From positions 69,905 through 133,904 of the IMG/VR virus record IMGVR_UViG_3300021399_000001: DNA of 64,000 bases. One strand, given 5' to 3'. Positions 19,059-28,372 of the stretch are shown here, in pieces; position 1 is the first letter of the stretch; every line of letters begins with the position of its first letter. Below the pieces are notes generated by a model. It made no database searches. It saw only the letters and a program-made list of their open reading frames with translations, and was not told where the DNA came from. A program made the position numbers and the translations under genes. Origin of the DNA: a virus. Its lineage: Duplodnaviria > Heunggongvirae > Uroviricota > Caudoviricetes.

Positions 19059-19886
19059 ATGAAAATAGCAGACATTAGCCATTATCAAGGCACAATAGAT
19101 TGGCTTAAAGCCAACCAAGAACTTGAACTTGCTATTTTTCGTAGCTCCGTAGGAAGCAGCCTTGATACCAAATATACATACAACACACAAAATTGTATCA
19201 AGCCCTATGGCGCATATCACTATTTCAAAGCAGGAACTGCGGATGAAGCAAAAACAGAAGCGGCTTTTTTCTACAAAGTCGCTTCTGCCGCAAATCCTCT
19301 TTTCTATGTCTTTGATATAGAATATAGCAAGCAAAATTCTAAAACAACAAAACCAGTATGCCAAGCCGCGCTTGAAACGTTACGTAATTTAACTAACAAA
19401 AAAGTTGGTTTATATATAGGTCAAAGTCGTTATCCGTATATTAAAGACATAAGAGATAAGTTTGACTTTATTTGGATACCTCGCTATGGTAAAAACACAG
19501 GAGAAGCCGATTCAAAATACGCGCCCAAATATCCTTGTGATATGTGGCAATTTACAAGTAATGGCCACGTAGAGGGTATTAAGGGCAGAGTTGATTTAAA
19601 TAAATTATGTGGCGAAAAGAAACTAGATTTCTTCACAGCAAAGCCTGTTTCTACTCCAACTACTTTTAAGACGTTAAAAAAGAAAATGGAAGGGCAAGCA
19701 GTAAAGGAACTACAACAAAATCTTAACAAAATTATGAATTTGAATTTAAAAGTTGATGGTAAATTTGGTGATAAAACTGAAGCCGCAGTTAAAAAGTTCC
19801 AGAAAAAATATGGTTTGCGCGCGGACGGCTTATTTGGAAAACAGAGCAACGCCAAAATGACCGAGCTTTTAAAAAAATTATCCTAA
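19059..19886 (+). CDS. endolysin: GH25 muramidase + C-terminal peptidoglycan-binding domain
   Basis: RBS GAGGTGA. N-terminus IADISHYQGTIDW is a Glyco_hydro_25 signature. C-terminus LQQNL...VDGKFGDKTEAAVKKFQKKYGLRADGLFG is a PG_binding_1 domain. Confidence 0.75.
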   Translation: MKIADISHYQGTIDWLKANQELELAIFRSSVGSSLDTKYTYNTQNCIKPYGAYHYFKAGTADEAKTEAAFFYKVASAANPLFYVFDIEYSKQNSKTTKPVCQAALETLRNLTNKKVGLYIGQSRYPYIKDIRDKFDFIWIPRYGKNTGEADSKYAPKYPCDMWQFTSNGHVEGIKGRVDLNKLCGEKKLDFFTAKPVSTPTTFKTLKKKMEGQAVKELQQNLNKIMNLNLKVDGKFGDKTEAAVKKFQKKYGLRADGLFGKQSNAKMTELLKKLS

Positions 19887-19963
19887 AGTGTGAATCGCTT
19901 GTATACAAAAGAAGAGTAAATACTTTATAATGAAAGGTATACAAGTTGAAAAGGAGGGATAAA

Positions 19964-21994
19964 ATGGCTACAATAATGACTAAACGAGGACAGTTAGACA
20001 ATGTTGTTACTTATGAACATATTTGTGATACTGTCGCTGATATGGCTAATATAAATCCAAGTTATATAACTCTTGGTTCTGTTTGTATTGTAATCAAGGG
20101 AGAAAACGATGATTTGGAAGTTTATATGGCTGATAGTAGAAAAGAATGGAAAATTGTTTCATCTAGCTCTAGCGAAGGTAGCATAAGTAGCTCTGGGATT
20201 CATATTTGCGCGCAAGACGAATATGATAGTATTACAGGAATGCCTACTATTGAAGATCCGCTAAGTAATACTTTTTACCTTACGCCAGGTGGCAGTGAAA
20301 CAAATGATTTATATAATGAATGGATTTGGTTAGAAGATGATGAGGAATGGGAAAAATTTGGTAGCGCTGCAGCCGCTGTTTCTCAATCAGACTGGAATCA
20401 ATCTAATTCATCTGCTGATGATTTTATTAAAAATAAACCTGCTATTCGTCAACAAGCAAACGGCGGTGGAATATTAGAGAATGCGGCGATAAGTGCTTCG
20501 GGCCCTTATTCTCACGCCGAAGGTGGTAGTACCAGATCTACTGGCAATTGTTCACATGCCGAAGGTGCTGGAGCAACTGCTTCTGGGGCTTATTCGCATG
20601 CCGAAGGTGGCGGCACACAAGCATCTAATGAAGCGGCACATGCAGAAGGTTCAGGCACAACCGCTTCTGGACAAGTGTCACATGCAGAAGGTGGCGGCAC
20701 AACTGCTTCTGGACAAGCATCGCATGCCGAAGGCAGTAGTACAAATGCTGCCGGTGATCATTCCCATGCAGAAGGAGCGAACACAAAAGCTACTGGTGAT
20801 TATTCTCATGCAGAAGGAGCGAATACAAAAGCTATCGGTAATTATTCTCATGCAGAGGGCGGTAATACAGAAGCTACTGGTATTTATTCTCATACAGAGG
20901 GCACGGGCACTAAGGCTATCGGAACAGGAGCGCATGTCGAAGGCCAGGGAGGAACTGCCTCTGGCAGTAGCTCACACGCAGAAGGTAATTCAACAACCGC
21001 TTCTGGAGATGGTTCTCATTCAGAAGGTGGTGGAACAACTGCTTCTGGAAGTCATTCACACGCAGAAGGTGGTGGGACAGTAGCAAGTGGCGTTTATTCC
21101 CACGCCGAAGGCGCATATACAACAGCCAATCATCTGGCACAGCATGTATTCGGTACACATAATATTCCAGATAGTTCTACTGAACCTTCTGGGGCAATAG
21201 GAAATTATGTAGAAATAGTTGGTAATGGTTCTGATACTAATCATCGTTCCAATGCCCGCACCCTTGACTGGAATGGTAATGAAGAAGTTGCAGGCGACAT
21301 AATTGCATATGGTTGCGGCGGTGTGAATCCTATTAGTTTATCTAGCTTAAAAAATCAGGTAGATCAAAGCGTGTCTGATGTGCAGGTTAATGGTGTGTCT
21401 GTGGTTACGGATGGTGTGGCGAATGTGCCGGTGGCGACGGAACGCGAAGTATATGGGTTAATTGCTGTCGAATCTGTATCTGGAACTGGCCTGATGTTTA
21501 ATAATGGAAAGCTTCAAGTATGTCCCGCATCTGCATCTGATATAAAAGGTAGTTGGGGACAGTATAGAGTGCTTACTCCACCTTTACAGCACCAGTCCGC
21601 CTTCTACGGCCTTGCCAAAGCCGCAGGGGACACAACACAGTCACAGTCTAACAACGTCGTAGGAACTTACACCCCCGAAGCTAAAGCCGCAATAAAAGAC
21701 ATGCTAGGCATCACAGAAGGTATGAATATCGTTACTGTATCAGGAACAGCACCCACAATCAATGCTGCCAGCAATACACAATACCTTTGCGGCGAAGTGC
21801 TATCTCTGGACTTTACTCCAAGTGCTACAGGTATTTGTGATGTAATCTTTACTAGCGGCAGCACGCAAACAGTCCTTACCATACCAGCAACAGTAAAAAT
21901 GCCTGAATGGTTTGAAGTTGAAGCAAATAAGATATATGAGATTAGTATTACTAATGGAGTATATGGGGCGGTGATGGTATGGGAGAACGCCTAA
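19964..21994 (+). CDS. tail fibre with ~19 tandem 11-aa (YSHAEGGGTTASG) repeats
   Basis: ATG-19964 after AAGGAGGG (ORF track lists a TTG start at 19946). N-terminal domain is paralogous to the 25164 ORF. Central 33-bp periodic repeat. C-terminus is paralogous to the first fibre protein (FYGLAKAAGDTTQSQSNN...CGEVLSLDFTP). Confidence 0.7.
   Translation: MATIMTKRGQLDNVVTYEHICDTVADMANINPSYITLGSVCIVIKGENDDLEVYMADSRKEWKIVSSSSSEGSISSSGIHICAQDEYDSITGMPTIEDPLSNTFYLTPGGSETNDLYNEWIWLEDDEEWEKFGSAAAAVSQSDWNQSNSSADDFIKNKPAIRQQANGGGILENAAISASGPYSHAEGGSTRSTGNCSHAEGAGATASGAYSHAEGGGTQASNEAAHAEGSGTTASGQVSHAEGGGTTASGQASHAEGSSTNAAGDHSHAEGANTKATGDYSHAEGANTKAIGNYSHAEGGNTEATGIYSHTEGTGTKAIGTGAHVEGQGGTASGSSSHAEGNSTTASGDGSHSEGGGTTASGSHSHAEGGGTVASGVYSHAEGAYTTANHLAQHVFGTHNIPDSSTEPSGAIGNYVEIVGNGSDTNHRSNARTLDWNGNEEVAGDIIAYGCGGVNPISLSSLKNQVDQSVSDVQVNGVSVVTDGVANVPVATEREVYGLIAVESVSGTGLMFNNGKLQVCPASASDIKGSWGQYRVLTPPLQHQSAFYGLAKAAGDTTQSQSNNVVGTYTPEAKAAIKDMLGITEGMNIVTVSGTAPTINAASNTQYLCGEVLSLDFTPSATGICDVIFTSGSTQTVLTIPATVKMPEWFEVEANKIYEISITNGVYGAVMVWENA
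20505..21118 (+). repeat. 33-bp tandem repeat x ~19 inside the fibre gene (encodes YSHAEGGGTTASG units)
   Basis: Periodic xxxCATGCCGAAGGTGGCGGCACAACTGCTTCTGGA units with degenerate third positions. Confidence 0.8.
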
Positions 21995-24900
21995 AATTAA
22001 ATAGTGTAAGTGGAAATGTTGTTAGTTTTGATACGGATTTAGAAAAAAAGTTAGGTTCGTTGAAGATTGGAATTGAACCAGTACAAGAGGGTAGCGGAGA
22101 TCCTAGTCCGGATAATGTAAGAGCAATTAGTGGATGGACAGGGGCAAACGTAGTAACGGCAGGTATTAACATTTGGGATGAAGAATGGGAAATAGGTCGT
22201 TACGTTAATGGAGTAAAAGACACAATTAGCACTCAAATCAGGTGTGTAAATAGAATCCCGATAAAACCAAACACGCAATATTATGTTTACATCGGCACAA
22301 GTGGCGTTAGTCTGACAATACAATTTTTGTCGAGCGACGGGGCATATTTATCACAAGCCTATCGTTCAAACGCTGCTTTCACGTCCCCTGCAAATGCTCG
22401 GTATATGGTTTTTCATGCCAACACTACATACGGCACTACTTATAAACACGATATATCCATAAACTATCCGGCAACGAATAATAATTATCACTCCTACGTC
22501 GGCGCAACCTACCCCATCACTCTTCCTTCCGCGGCTGGGACTGTTTATGGAGGGGAGTTGGATTGGGTGAAAGGAATACTATCTGTAAATTGGATTAAAA
22601 TAAATGCTAGTGATTTAACATGGTCGCATTCTTCTAGCTATCCAGATGGAGTATTTCAAGCTCGACTGCCATACCCACGCTCTACTAATGAAATTAATGT
22701 TCTAAGTGATGTTTATAAAGGTGTATCTCATGGCTATGTAGTTGCTAATATGCCAAATCAAACAATTAAAGGCAATCAAAATTCTGTTTATAATTATAAT
22801 ATATATATACGCGATGATAGATATACAGCAACAGAAGATTTTAATAACAATCTAAATGCTAATATTATATATGAGTTAGAGACGCCCCGAGTCTATACTC
22901 TAATCCCCACCGAAATCTCCACCCTTCTGGGCGCGAACACGCTCTACGCCGATTGCGGTCCAATACAAGAGGCCTCATACTTCTCCCGCGATTATGTGCC
23001 TGTCACATCCGATACAGGCTTAATCACAATCACCGATGGTGTAGAAGCGCCGATTGATTCATTAAAAATCCATTTTGAACCAGTTCAGGAAGGAAGTGGG
23101 GATCCAAGTCCGGAGAATGTAAGGCCGATTTCAGGATGGAGTGGAGTGGAAGTAATGAGAACGGGGAAGAATTTATTTGATTTATCATGGATGCTGCTAC
23201 CCACCGGAACATTTGTGGATGGAGTTTTGACGGACACGATGTCAAATCTTGGTATAGCTTTCAACACAACTAACATCCCACACACTGAATATTATCAAAG
23301 ATTGTTTATTAGTGTAACAGCCAAACGTGATGCAGGGGGTTCTGATAGCCGTGGTTTAACATTTGTGGTGGTATATGATGATGGAAGTACAAGTAACAGC
23401 ATTTACTTTACAAAGAATACAGATTATGTCACTCGCACAGCTGTGACTGCGAATAATAAGAAAGTAGTAGGAATACGTATATCATATGGATCAGCACCAA
23501 ACGCGATTTGGAACATTAAAGATGTAATGATCGTTGCCGACACAACTCCTACCGCCTACGAACCCTACGCCGGCCAAACCTATCCAATAACCTTCCCATC
23601 CGAAGCAGGAACTGTATATGGAGGATATGTGGATGTGGCAAAGGGAGAGTTGGTGGTTGATAGAGGAATAGTAGATTTGAGTGCGCTAACATGGACTTAC
23701 AATACAGAATATAGATTTTTTCAGTCAAGTGCGTTTGACACTACTGAAAATCATCCTCAAAATGTTATCCCTGATATTTTGGTAGATATATACAAGCCAG
23801 TTGCCAATGGGGGATTAGTTACACTTGGAGATTTACCTGATATGAGCGTAACTATGCGCAACACTTACAAAGCACTTACTGTTAAAGATTCAAGATTTAC
23901 GGATGGTGTATCATATAAGGCGGCTATAGCCGGAACCAAGTGTATTTATCCACTTTCAGAGCCTCTCACTTATTCCTTAACCCCCACCCAACTTTCTACA
24001 ATCAAGGGCCTTAATAACATCTACTCCGATGCGAATGGAGCTATTGAAATGTCCTATTATTCTCCAGTAAAAGAGAATATTTTAAGCGCACGACGCCGCT
24101 CATTTGCTTGGGACTATAAAACTTACATTGCCTCCCACCCTGCCGTGCTACAAAAATTATGTAGTACTGGCAAAGCATCTAATTATTTTAATATAGGCGA
24201 TGAAATTATTATTCCTTGGACTGATAACGGTGGAAATGACCCAATAGAATATCAATATCCATTTGTAGTAACTCATTTTGGGGATGTGTATGATGAAAAT
24301 GGAGATTTACACGAGAATGGTATGTGGTTAATGGCGAAGTATGCTACGCCAAGCAATATTGTCTTTGACGCGGCAGAAAGCACCACAGTCGATTTGACCC
24401 AAGAGCCTAATGCTTTGCAGGGGTGGTATTATTGGGGAGTGGACGGCTCTAATTATACTGCACTTGAACTCAATACCGGCGACGCCATACCCACCACGCA
24501 CGCATCCGTTGTCAAGTGTGGGGTCAATAATGCAGGCGTTCTTCGTTATGGTTATAACCGCTGGAAGGACAGTGCCTATCGTCAGTGGCTTAACAGTGAC
24601 GCCGCAAAGAATGAGGGTTGGTGGACAGAGCAGCATATGGGAGACCATCCACCCGCTGCCGCGCAGCTTAACCTGCCCGGTTGGCTTGACGGCTTTACGG
24701 ATGAGTGGAAGGCTATTTTCAAGCCAGTCAAGGTTGATACAGCCTGCAATACCGTCACTGACGGCGGCGTGACTGATACGACCTATGATACATTCTTCTT
24801 GCCTTCGCTGGAGCAAATGTATGGCGCTCCACAGGCGGCTGGAGTTGAGGGCGATTATTGGGAATACTGGAAAGAGGAAACCGGGCTTGACACCCCTACC

Positions 24901-25101
24901 AACGGCTCCAGCTCCAACACGAACGAAGCGCGGAAAATTCCTTCGATCGCTAACCCGACCGGTAGTGCTGTCAACTGTTACCTGCGTTCTGCGATTCGCG
25001 GCAATGCGAGCGGTATGTGGTATGTGCACGCAGCAGGGTTCCTCGCCGGCAACTACGCGACCACCTCGTACCGCGCTCTGCCGGCTTGTGTAATCTACTA
25101 A
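21979..25101 (+). CDS. large tail / receptor-binding protein with GC-rich C-terminal domain
   Basis: 1040 aa. Two N-terminal EPVQEGSGDPSPxNVRxISGW modules plus TYPITxPSxAGTVYGG motifs. The last ~270 aa are encoded by DNA of ~55% GC. Confidence 0.7.
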   Translation: MGERLKLNSVSGNVVSFDTDLEKKLGSLKIGIEPVQEGSGDPSPDNVRAISGWTGANVVTAGINIWDEEWEIGRYVNGVKDTISTQIRCVNRIPIKPNTQYYVYIGTSGVSLTIQFLSSDGAYLSQAYRSNAAFTSPANARYMVFHANTTYGTTYKHDISINYPATNNNYHSYVGATYPITLPSAAGTVYGGELDWVKGILSVNWIKINASDLTWSHSSSYPDGVFQARLPYPRSTNEINVLSDVYKGVSHGYVVANMPNQTIKGNQNSVYNYNIYIRDDRYTATEDFNNNLNANIIYELETPRVYTLIPTEISTLLGANTLYADCGPIQEASYFSRDYVPVTSDTGLITITDGVEAPIDSLKIHFEPVQEGSGDPSPENVRPISGWSGVEVMRTGKNLFDLSWMLLPTGTFVDGVLTDTMSNLGIAFNTTNIPHTEYYQRLFISVTAKRDAGGSDSRGLTFVVVYDDGSTSNSIYFTKNTDYVTRTAVTANNKKVVGIRISYGSAPNAIWNIKDVMIVADTTPTAYEPYAGQTYPITFPSEAGTVYGGYVDVAKGELVVDRGIVDLSALTWTYNTEYRFFQSSAFDTTENHPQNVIPDILVDIYKPVANGGLVTLGDLPDMSVTMRNTYKALTVKDSRFTDGVSYKAAIAGTKCIYPLSEPLTYSLTPTQLSTIKGLNNIYSDANGAIEMSYYSPVKENILSARRRSFAWDYKTYIASHPAVLQKLCSTGKASNYFNIGDEIIIPWTDNGGNDPIEYQYPFVVTHFGDVYDENGDLHENGMWLMAKYATPSNIVFDAAESTTVDLTQEPNALQGWYYWGVDGSNYTALELNTGDAIPTTHASVVKCGVNNAGVLRYGYNRWKDSAYRQWLNSDAAKNEGWWTEQHMGDHPPAAAQLNLPGWLDGFTDEWKAIFKPVKVDTACNTVTDGGVTDTTYDTFFLPSLEQMYGAPQAAGVEGDYWEYWKEETGLDTPTNGSSSNTNEARKIPSIANPTGSAVNCYLRSAIRGNASGMWYVHAAGFLAGNYATTSYRALPACVIY

Positions 25102-25116
25102 TAAATAAAAGTAACA

Positions 25117-25140
25117 AGGAGGGAGTAATCCCTCCTTTAT
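25117..25140 (+). terminator. hairpin at the end of the tail-protein gene (possible terminator / RBS sequestration)
   Basis: AGGAGGGA-gtaa-TCCCTCCT followed by a weak T tract. The stem contains an RBS-like sequence. Confidence 0.4.
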
Positions 25141-25163
25141 CTATATAAAAGGAGGTAATTACA

Positions 25164-25355
25164 ATGCTTATTACTTCTAAACGCGGTGCCCAAGACAATA
25201 TCGTGACCTACGAACATATCTGCGACACCACAGAAGATTTTCAAAAAATTGACCCGCAATACATTACTTTAGGTTCAGTAGCAATTGTGCTACAAGGAGA
25301 GGCCGGTCTAGAAGTCTATATGGCTACCAGCGGCAAGGAATGGATTGCTTTATAA
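25164..25355 (+). CDS. small protein paralogous to the N-terminal domain of the SHAEG-repeat fibre
   Basis: RBS AAAGGAGG. SKRGAQDNIVTYEHICDTTEDFQKIDPQYITLGSVAIV aligns with aa 6-65 of the 19964 protein. Confidence 0.55.
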   Translation: MLITSKRGAQDNIVTYEHICDTTEDFQKIDPQYITLGSVAIVLQGEAGLEVYMATSGKEWIAL

Positions 25356-25365
25356 GGAGGTAAAT

Positions 25366-27150
25366 ATGGATATTTTAGATATTGTATTAGCTAAAAGTCT
25401 AACTCCGCAAGGACAAATAGATGCTTACGCGGCAAAAGCACAAAAGGCAGTAACTGATGCTAAAAGAGCCGTTAATGATATAGATTCTATTACAGAACAA
25501 ACAAACACAAACAATACAAATGCGCAAACGGCGTTGTCAAATGCGCAAGCAGCCGCGCAGGAATATGAAACTATCGTAGAAAACATAGATGATAAAATTG
25601 CGAGTATAGGTAAAACGCAAGTCGCCATTACCTCATCTTCAACGAATGACTATATAGCAAAAAATGTCATCCTTACATACTCTGATGATACAACCGCTAC
25701 TATCAATGATGCCGAGAGAAATTACAAATCTACCGGTAACAATGAAGATGGTAGTATGACCCAAAAAGCCATTACAGAAAAATTAAATCTTGGTGTCGCA
25801 AATAAAGGCAAAATCGCTATCGTTGGTGATGACGGTTTCATTACTTATGGCACATTAAAAGAAAGTGAAATAAATCAAGGCGGCAGTACTCCTACACCAA
25901 CTCCTACAAATAACGCTCTTGGCGTAATAATTGATTACGAAAATAAAACTTTCACTCGTTGTGAAGGCGCGGTAGGTCTTACTCCAGGCGCAGACTATAA
26001 TCAATTTACTATGTATGGCGGCCGCAAACGTTGTAATGTTAATGCGGCAGGCCGCATTACCGCTTGGTATGGCGATAGCAATTATGCGGATGATGGTAGT
26101 AATGGCGATGTAATGGTTTATCAGCCTAAATTCTACTATAAACGCACTATTAACAAGTCAGTAAATAATACTGTTGGTAAAATTGTCCGCAAAGAAACAC
26201 TTCTAATTAGTGAAACAGCGCAAGCTGGTTTTAAGCTTCATCCACGATTCAAATCCACTTCGGGCGAAACATTAGAATATGTATTATTACCAGCCTATGA
26301 AGGCAGCACATATGATGTTTCCATTTCTTCATTTAACAGAACTGATAACGGTGATATTGATTATAATAATGACTATCTAGTTTCTTGTGCCAATTCCAAA
26401 CCAACAACTAACATTACAATTTCTGACGCAGAAACTCTTGCGCGAAATAAAGGCGCGAACTGGCACATAAATGATATGGGTGTAGAAAGCATAAATCAAA
26501 TGCTATTTATGGTTGAATACGCCACGATGAATGGCCAAAATGCTATTGGCGCAGGCATAAGTAAGGCGTCTAATATGATGAATACCGGACTTACCGCAAC
26601 ATTAGGTAATGGCTCTGGTGAAGCGCCATCCACTTCAAATGCAGGCTATCGCGCAATATCATATCGTGGATATGAGAACTGGTGGGGCAATGCTTGGAGT
26701 TTTATTGGCGGCATTGGCATCAAAGGAGATAGTAATTCTAATCTTGGTATTCCATACATTGCTACTAACTTTAACTATGACCCAGAAAATTTAACTAATT
26801 ACGCTAATGTCGGTTTTAATATTTCCAAGGTTTCTAGTTGGGTATCAGCAATGGGATATGGTAATGAAACATATGATTGGATTTATCTACCTGCCGAATG
26901 TAATGGCGCAAATAGCGCAATTCCAGTAGGTGATAATTTCTGGACAATGACTAATTTTAATGTTAATTCAATAATTGGTTGCGGCGGAACCTATTCATTT
27001 GATACTTATGATGGCCCATTCTACTATGGATGTGATCGCGCGTATAATTATTCTTCTAATTCTTATAATGCGCGCGTAATGTACATTCCTACTAAAAATC
27101 CAACTTATACTGCTAACTATAATGATTGGTTAGCTAAAATGGGAGGTTGA
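25366..27150 (+). CDS. tail fibre / receptor-binding protein with N-terminal coiled coil
   Basis: ATG-25366 after AAGGAGG (ORF track 25345). 595 aa. Q/A-rich N-terminal coiled-coil region followed by a globular N/G/Y-rich C-terminal domain. Confidence 0.6.
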   Translation: MDILDIVLAKSLTPQGQIDAYAAKAQKAVTDAKRAVNDIDSITEQTNTNNTNAQTALSNAQAAAQEYETIVENIDDKIASIGKTQVAITSSSTNDYIAKNVILTYSDDTTATINDAERNYKSTGNNEDGSMTQKAITEKLNLGVANKGKIAIVGDDGFITYGTLKESEINQGGSTPTPTPTNNALGVIIDYENKTFTRCEGAVGLTPGADYNQFTMYGGRKRCNVNAAGRITAWYGDSNYADDGSNGDVMVYQPKFYYKRTINKSVNNTVGKIVRKETLLISETAQAGFKLHPRFKSTSGETLEYVLLPAYEGSTYDVSISSFNRTDNGDIDYNNDYLVSCANSKPTTNITISDAETLARNKGANWHINDMGVESINQMLFMVEYATMNGQNAIGAGISKASNMMNTGLTATLGNGSGEAPSTSNAGYRAISYRGYENWWGNAWSFIGGIGIKGDSNSNLGIPYIATNFNYDPENLTNYANVGFNISKVSSWVSAMGYGNETYDWIYLPAECNGANSAIPVGDNFWTMTNFNVNSIIGCGGTYSFDTYDGPFYYGCDRAYNYSSNSYNARVMYIPTKNPTYTANYNDWLAKMGG

Positions 27151-27155
27151 TGAAT

Positions 27156-27413
27156 ATGATAAATTATGGAAAAGTTCGTAGTTCAGAAATACCTCAAGAA
27201 ACTCAAATTACCACTGATTATGTTTATGTAGCATCCAACATAGAACCTTATGAATTATTAAATGAAGATAAGGTGCTAACTGGATATGAATATGACTATA
27301 CCGCTTATACCAAAGATGAATACATTCAATATATTGTAGAAAAAAATAATAAAACAATTACTGAATTAGAAGATGAATTAAGTGCTGTAAAAATACTTTT
27401 GGGGGTGGAGTAA
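27156..27413 (+). CDS. hypothetical protein (possible fibre chaperone)
   Basis: ATG-27156 after GGGAGG (ORF track 27147); 85 aa. Sits between the fibre gene and the carbohydrate-binding protein. Confidence 0.45.
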   Translation: MINYGKVRSSEIPQETQITTDYVYVASNIEPYELLNEDKVLTGYEYDYTAYTKDEYIQYIVEKNNKTITELEDELSAVKILLGVE

Positions 27414-27818
27414 ATGGCAACATTAAAAGATTTAGCCCTCAAACTCCGCCCGCTAATTGAAAAAGCATCCATTGCTCTTGATGATGCGGATGCTTTAGAA
27501 GCGATTCAGTTATTCCCGCGCTGGGATGACAGCGCAAAATATGAAGTAGGCGATAGAGTGCGCTTTCAAAATGTGCTTTATAAATGCCTACAAAGTCATA
27601 TTGCGCAACCTACTTGGACGCCTATTGCGGCGCCAAGTCTATGGGCAAAAGTTCTAATTCCCGACCCAGAAGTAATTCCAGAATGGGAACAGCCTGGTAG
27701 CACAAACGCTTATCAAATAGGAGACAAAGTACGCTACAATGGCAAAGTATATGAAAGTGTAATAGCAAATAATATTTGGTCGCCGGAGAGTTACCCACAA
27801 GGGTGGCGTGAAGTCTAA
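27414..27818 (+). CDS. tandem CBM5/12-like carbohydrate-binding protein
   Basis: RBS GGGGGTGGAG. Two copies of the W..Y..GD.V.Y.G..Y....W motif (YEVGDRVRFQNVLYKC...W and YQIGDKVRYNGKVYES...W). Confidence 0.5.
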   Translation: MATLKDLALKLRPLIEKASIALDDADALEAIQLFPRWDDSAKYEVGDRVRFQNVLYKCLQSHIAQPTWTPIAAPSLWAKVLIPDPEVIPEWEQPGSTNAYQIGDKVRYNGKVYESVIANNIWSPESYPQGWREV

Positions 27819-27821
27819 TAT

Positions 27822-27850
27822 TTGACTATCAATAAAAATTATGCTATAAT
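27822..27850 (+). promoter_or_regulatory. consensus phage promoter copy 1 (TTGACT, 17-nt spacer, TGcTATAAT)
   Basis: -35 TTGACT 27822-27827; extended -10 TGCTATAAT ending at 27850. Confidence 0.65.
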
Positions 27851-27918
27851 TATTACATCAGGAGGAGGAAAGGAACTCCTACCTGATGTAATAAAAATAT
27901 ATAAGGAGAGGAACTTAT

Positions 27919-28221
27919 ATGAAGTACTACAGTGATGTAACTAAGAAGTTTTATGACAATGCTAATGATTGTCTATCTGCTGAGCGCGAACTAATCGCCA
28001 AGCAGGAAAAGGAAGAATATGAAAAGAAGCGCATTGCGGCCGAACGCAAGGTTGCCGCAGATAAGGTAGAAGCCGCACGTAAGGCTATGAACGAAGCTCA
28101 GTCTGCCTACAAGAAGGAGCTAGAGGCTTTCTGTTCTAAATATGGCAGCTATCATTACTCTACCAAGGATGTCAGTGATATTCCTACCCTATTTAATGAT
28201 ATTTTCAATATCTTCCATTAA
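27919..28221 (+). CDS. hypothetical protein (coiled coil)
   Basis: RBS AAGGAGAGGAA; downstream of consensus promoter copy 1. Confidence 0.5.
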   Translation: MKYYSDVTKKFYDNANDCLSAERELIAKQEKEEYEKKRIAAERKVAADKVEAARKAMNEAQSAYKKELEAFCSKYGSYHYSTKDVSDIPTLFNDIFNIFH

Positions 28222-28276
28222 TGGGCTGGCCGTAAGGCCCTGGTCCACCTAACGGCGGGGCAATTCCCCGCAATAT

Positions 28277-28365
28277 GTCCGTATACTCAAGTGGCTGAAG
28301 AGATCGGTCTTGAAAATCGAGAGGTCAGGCAACTGGCGCGAGGGTTCGAATCCTTCTACGGACGC
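28277..28365 (+). tRNA. tRNA-Ser (anticodon TGA)
   Basis: Acceptor GTCCGTA/TACGGAC, T-arm GAGGG-TTCGAAT-CCTTC, long variable arm, CCA encoded. Confidence 0.65.
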
Positions 28366-28372
28366 CAATATG

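Noticed and set aside
20505-21118. Tandem repeat as a possible CRISPR array
   Set aside because: The repeats are contiguous with no spacers and they are in-frame coding sequence of a fibre protein.
20493-21244. ORFs 20493-21083 (+), 20678-20935 (-), 20916-21158 (-) and 21056-21244 (-) within the SHAEG repeat region
   Set aside because: The periodic 33-bp repeat keeps all frames open. The fibre frame is the one with an RBS, a start and flanking homology.
24328-25198. Long antisense and alternative-frame ORFs (24328-25029 -, 24410-24772 +, 24785-25093 +, 24971-25198 -) inside the C-terminus of the 21979 gene
   Set aside because: They are by-products of the local ~55% GC composition. They have no RBS, and the sense-strand gene is continuous and homologous to its paralogues.
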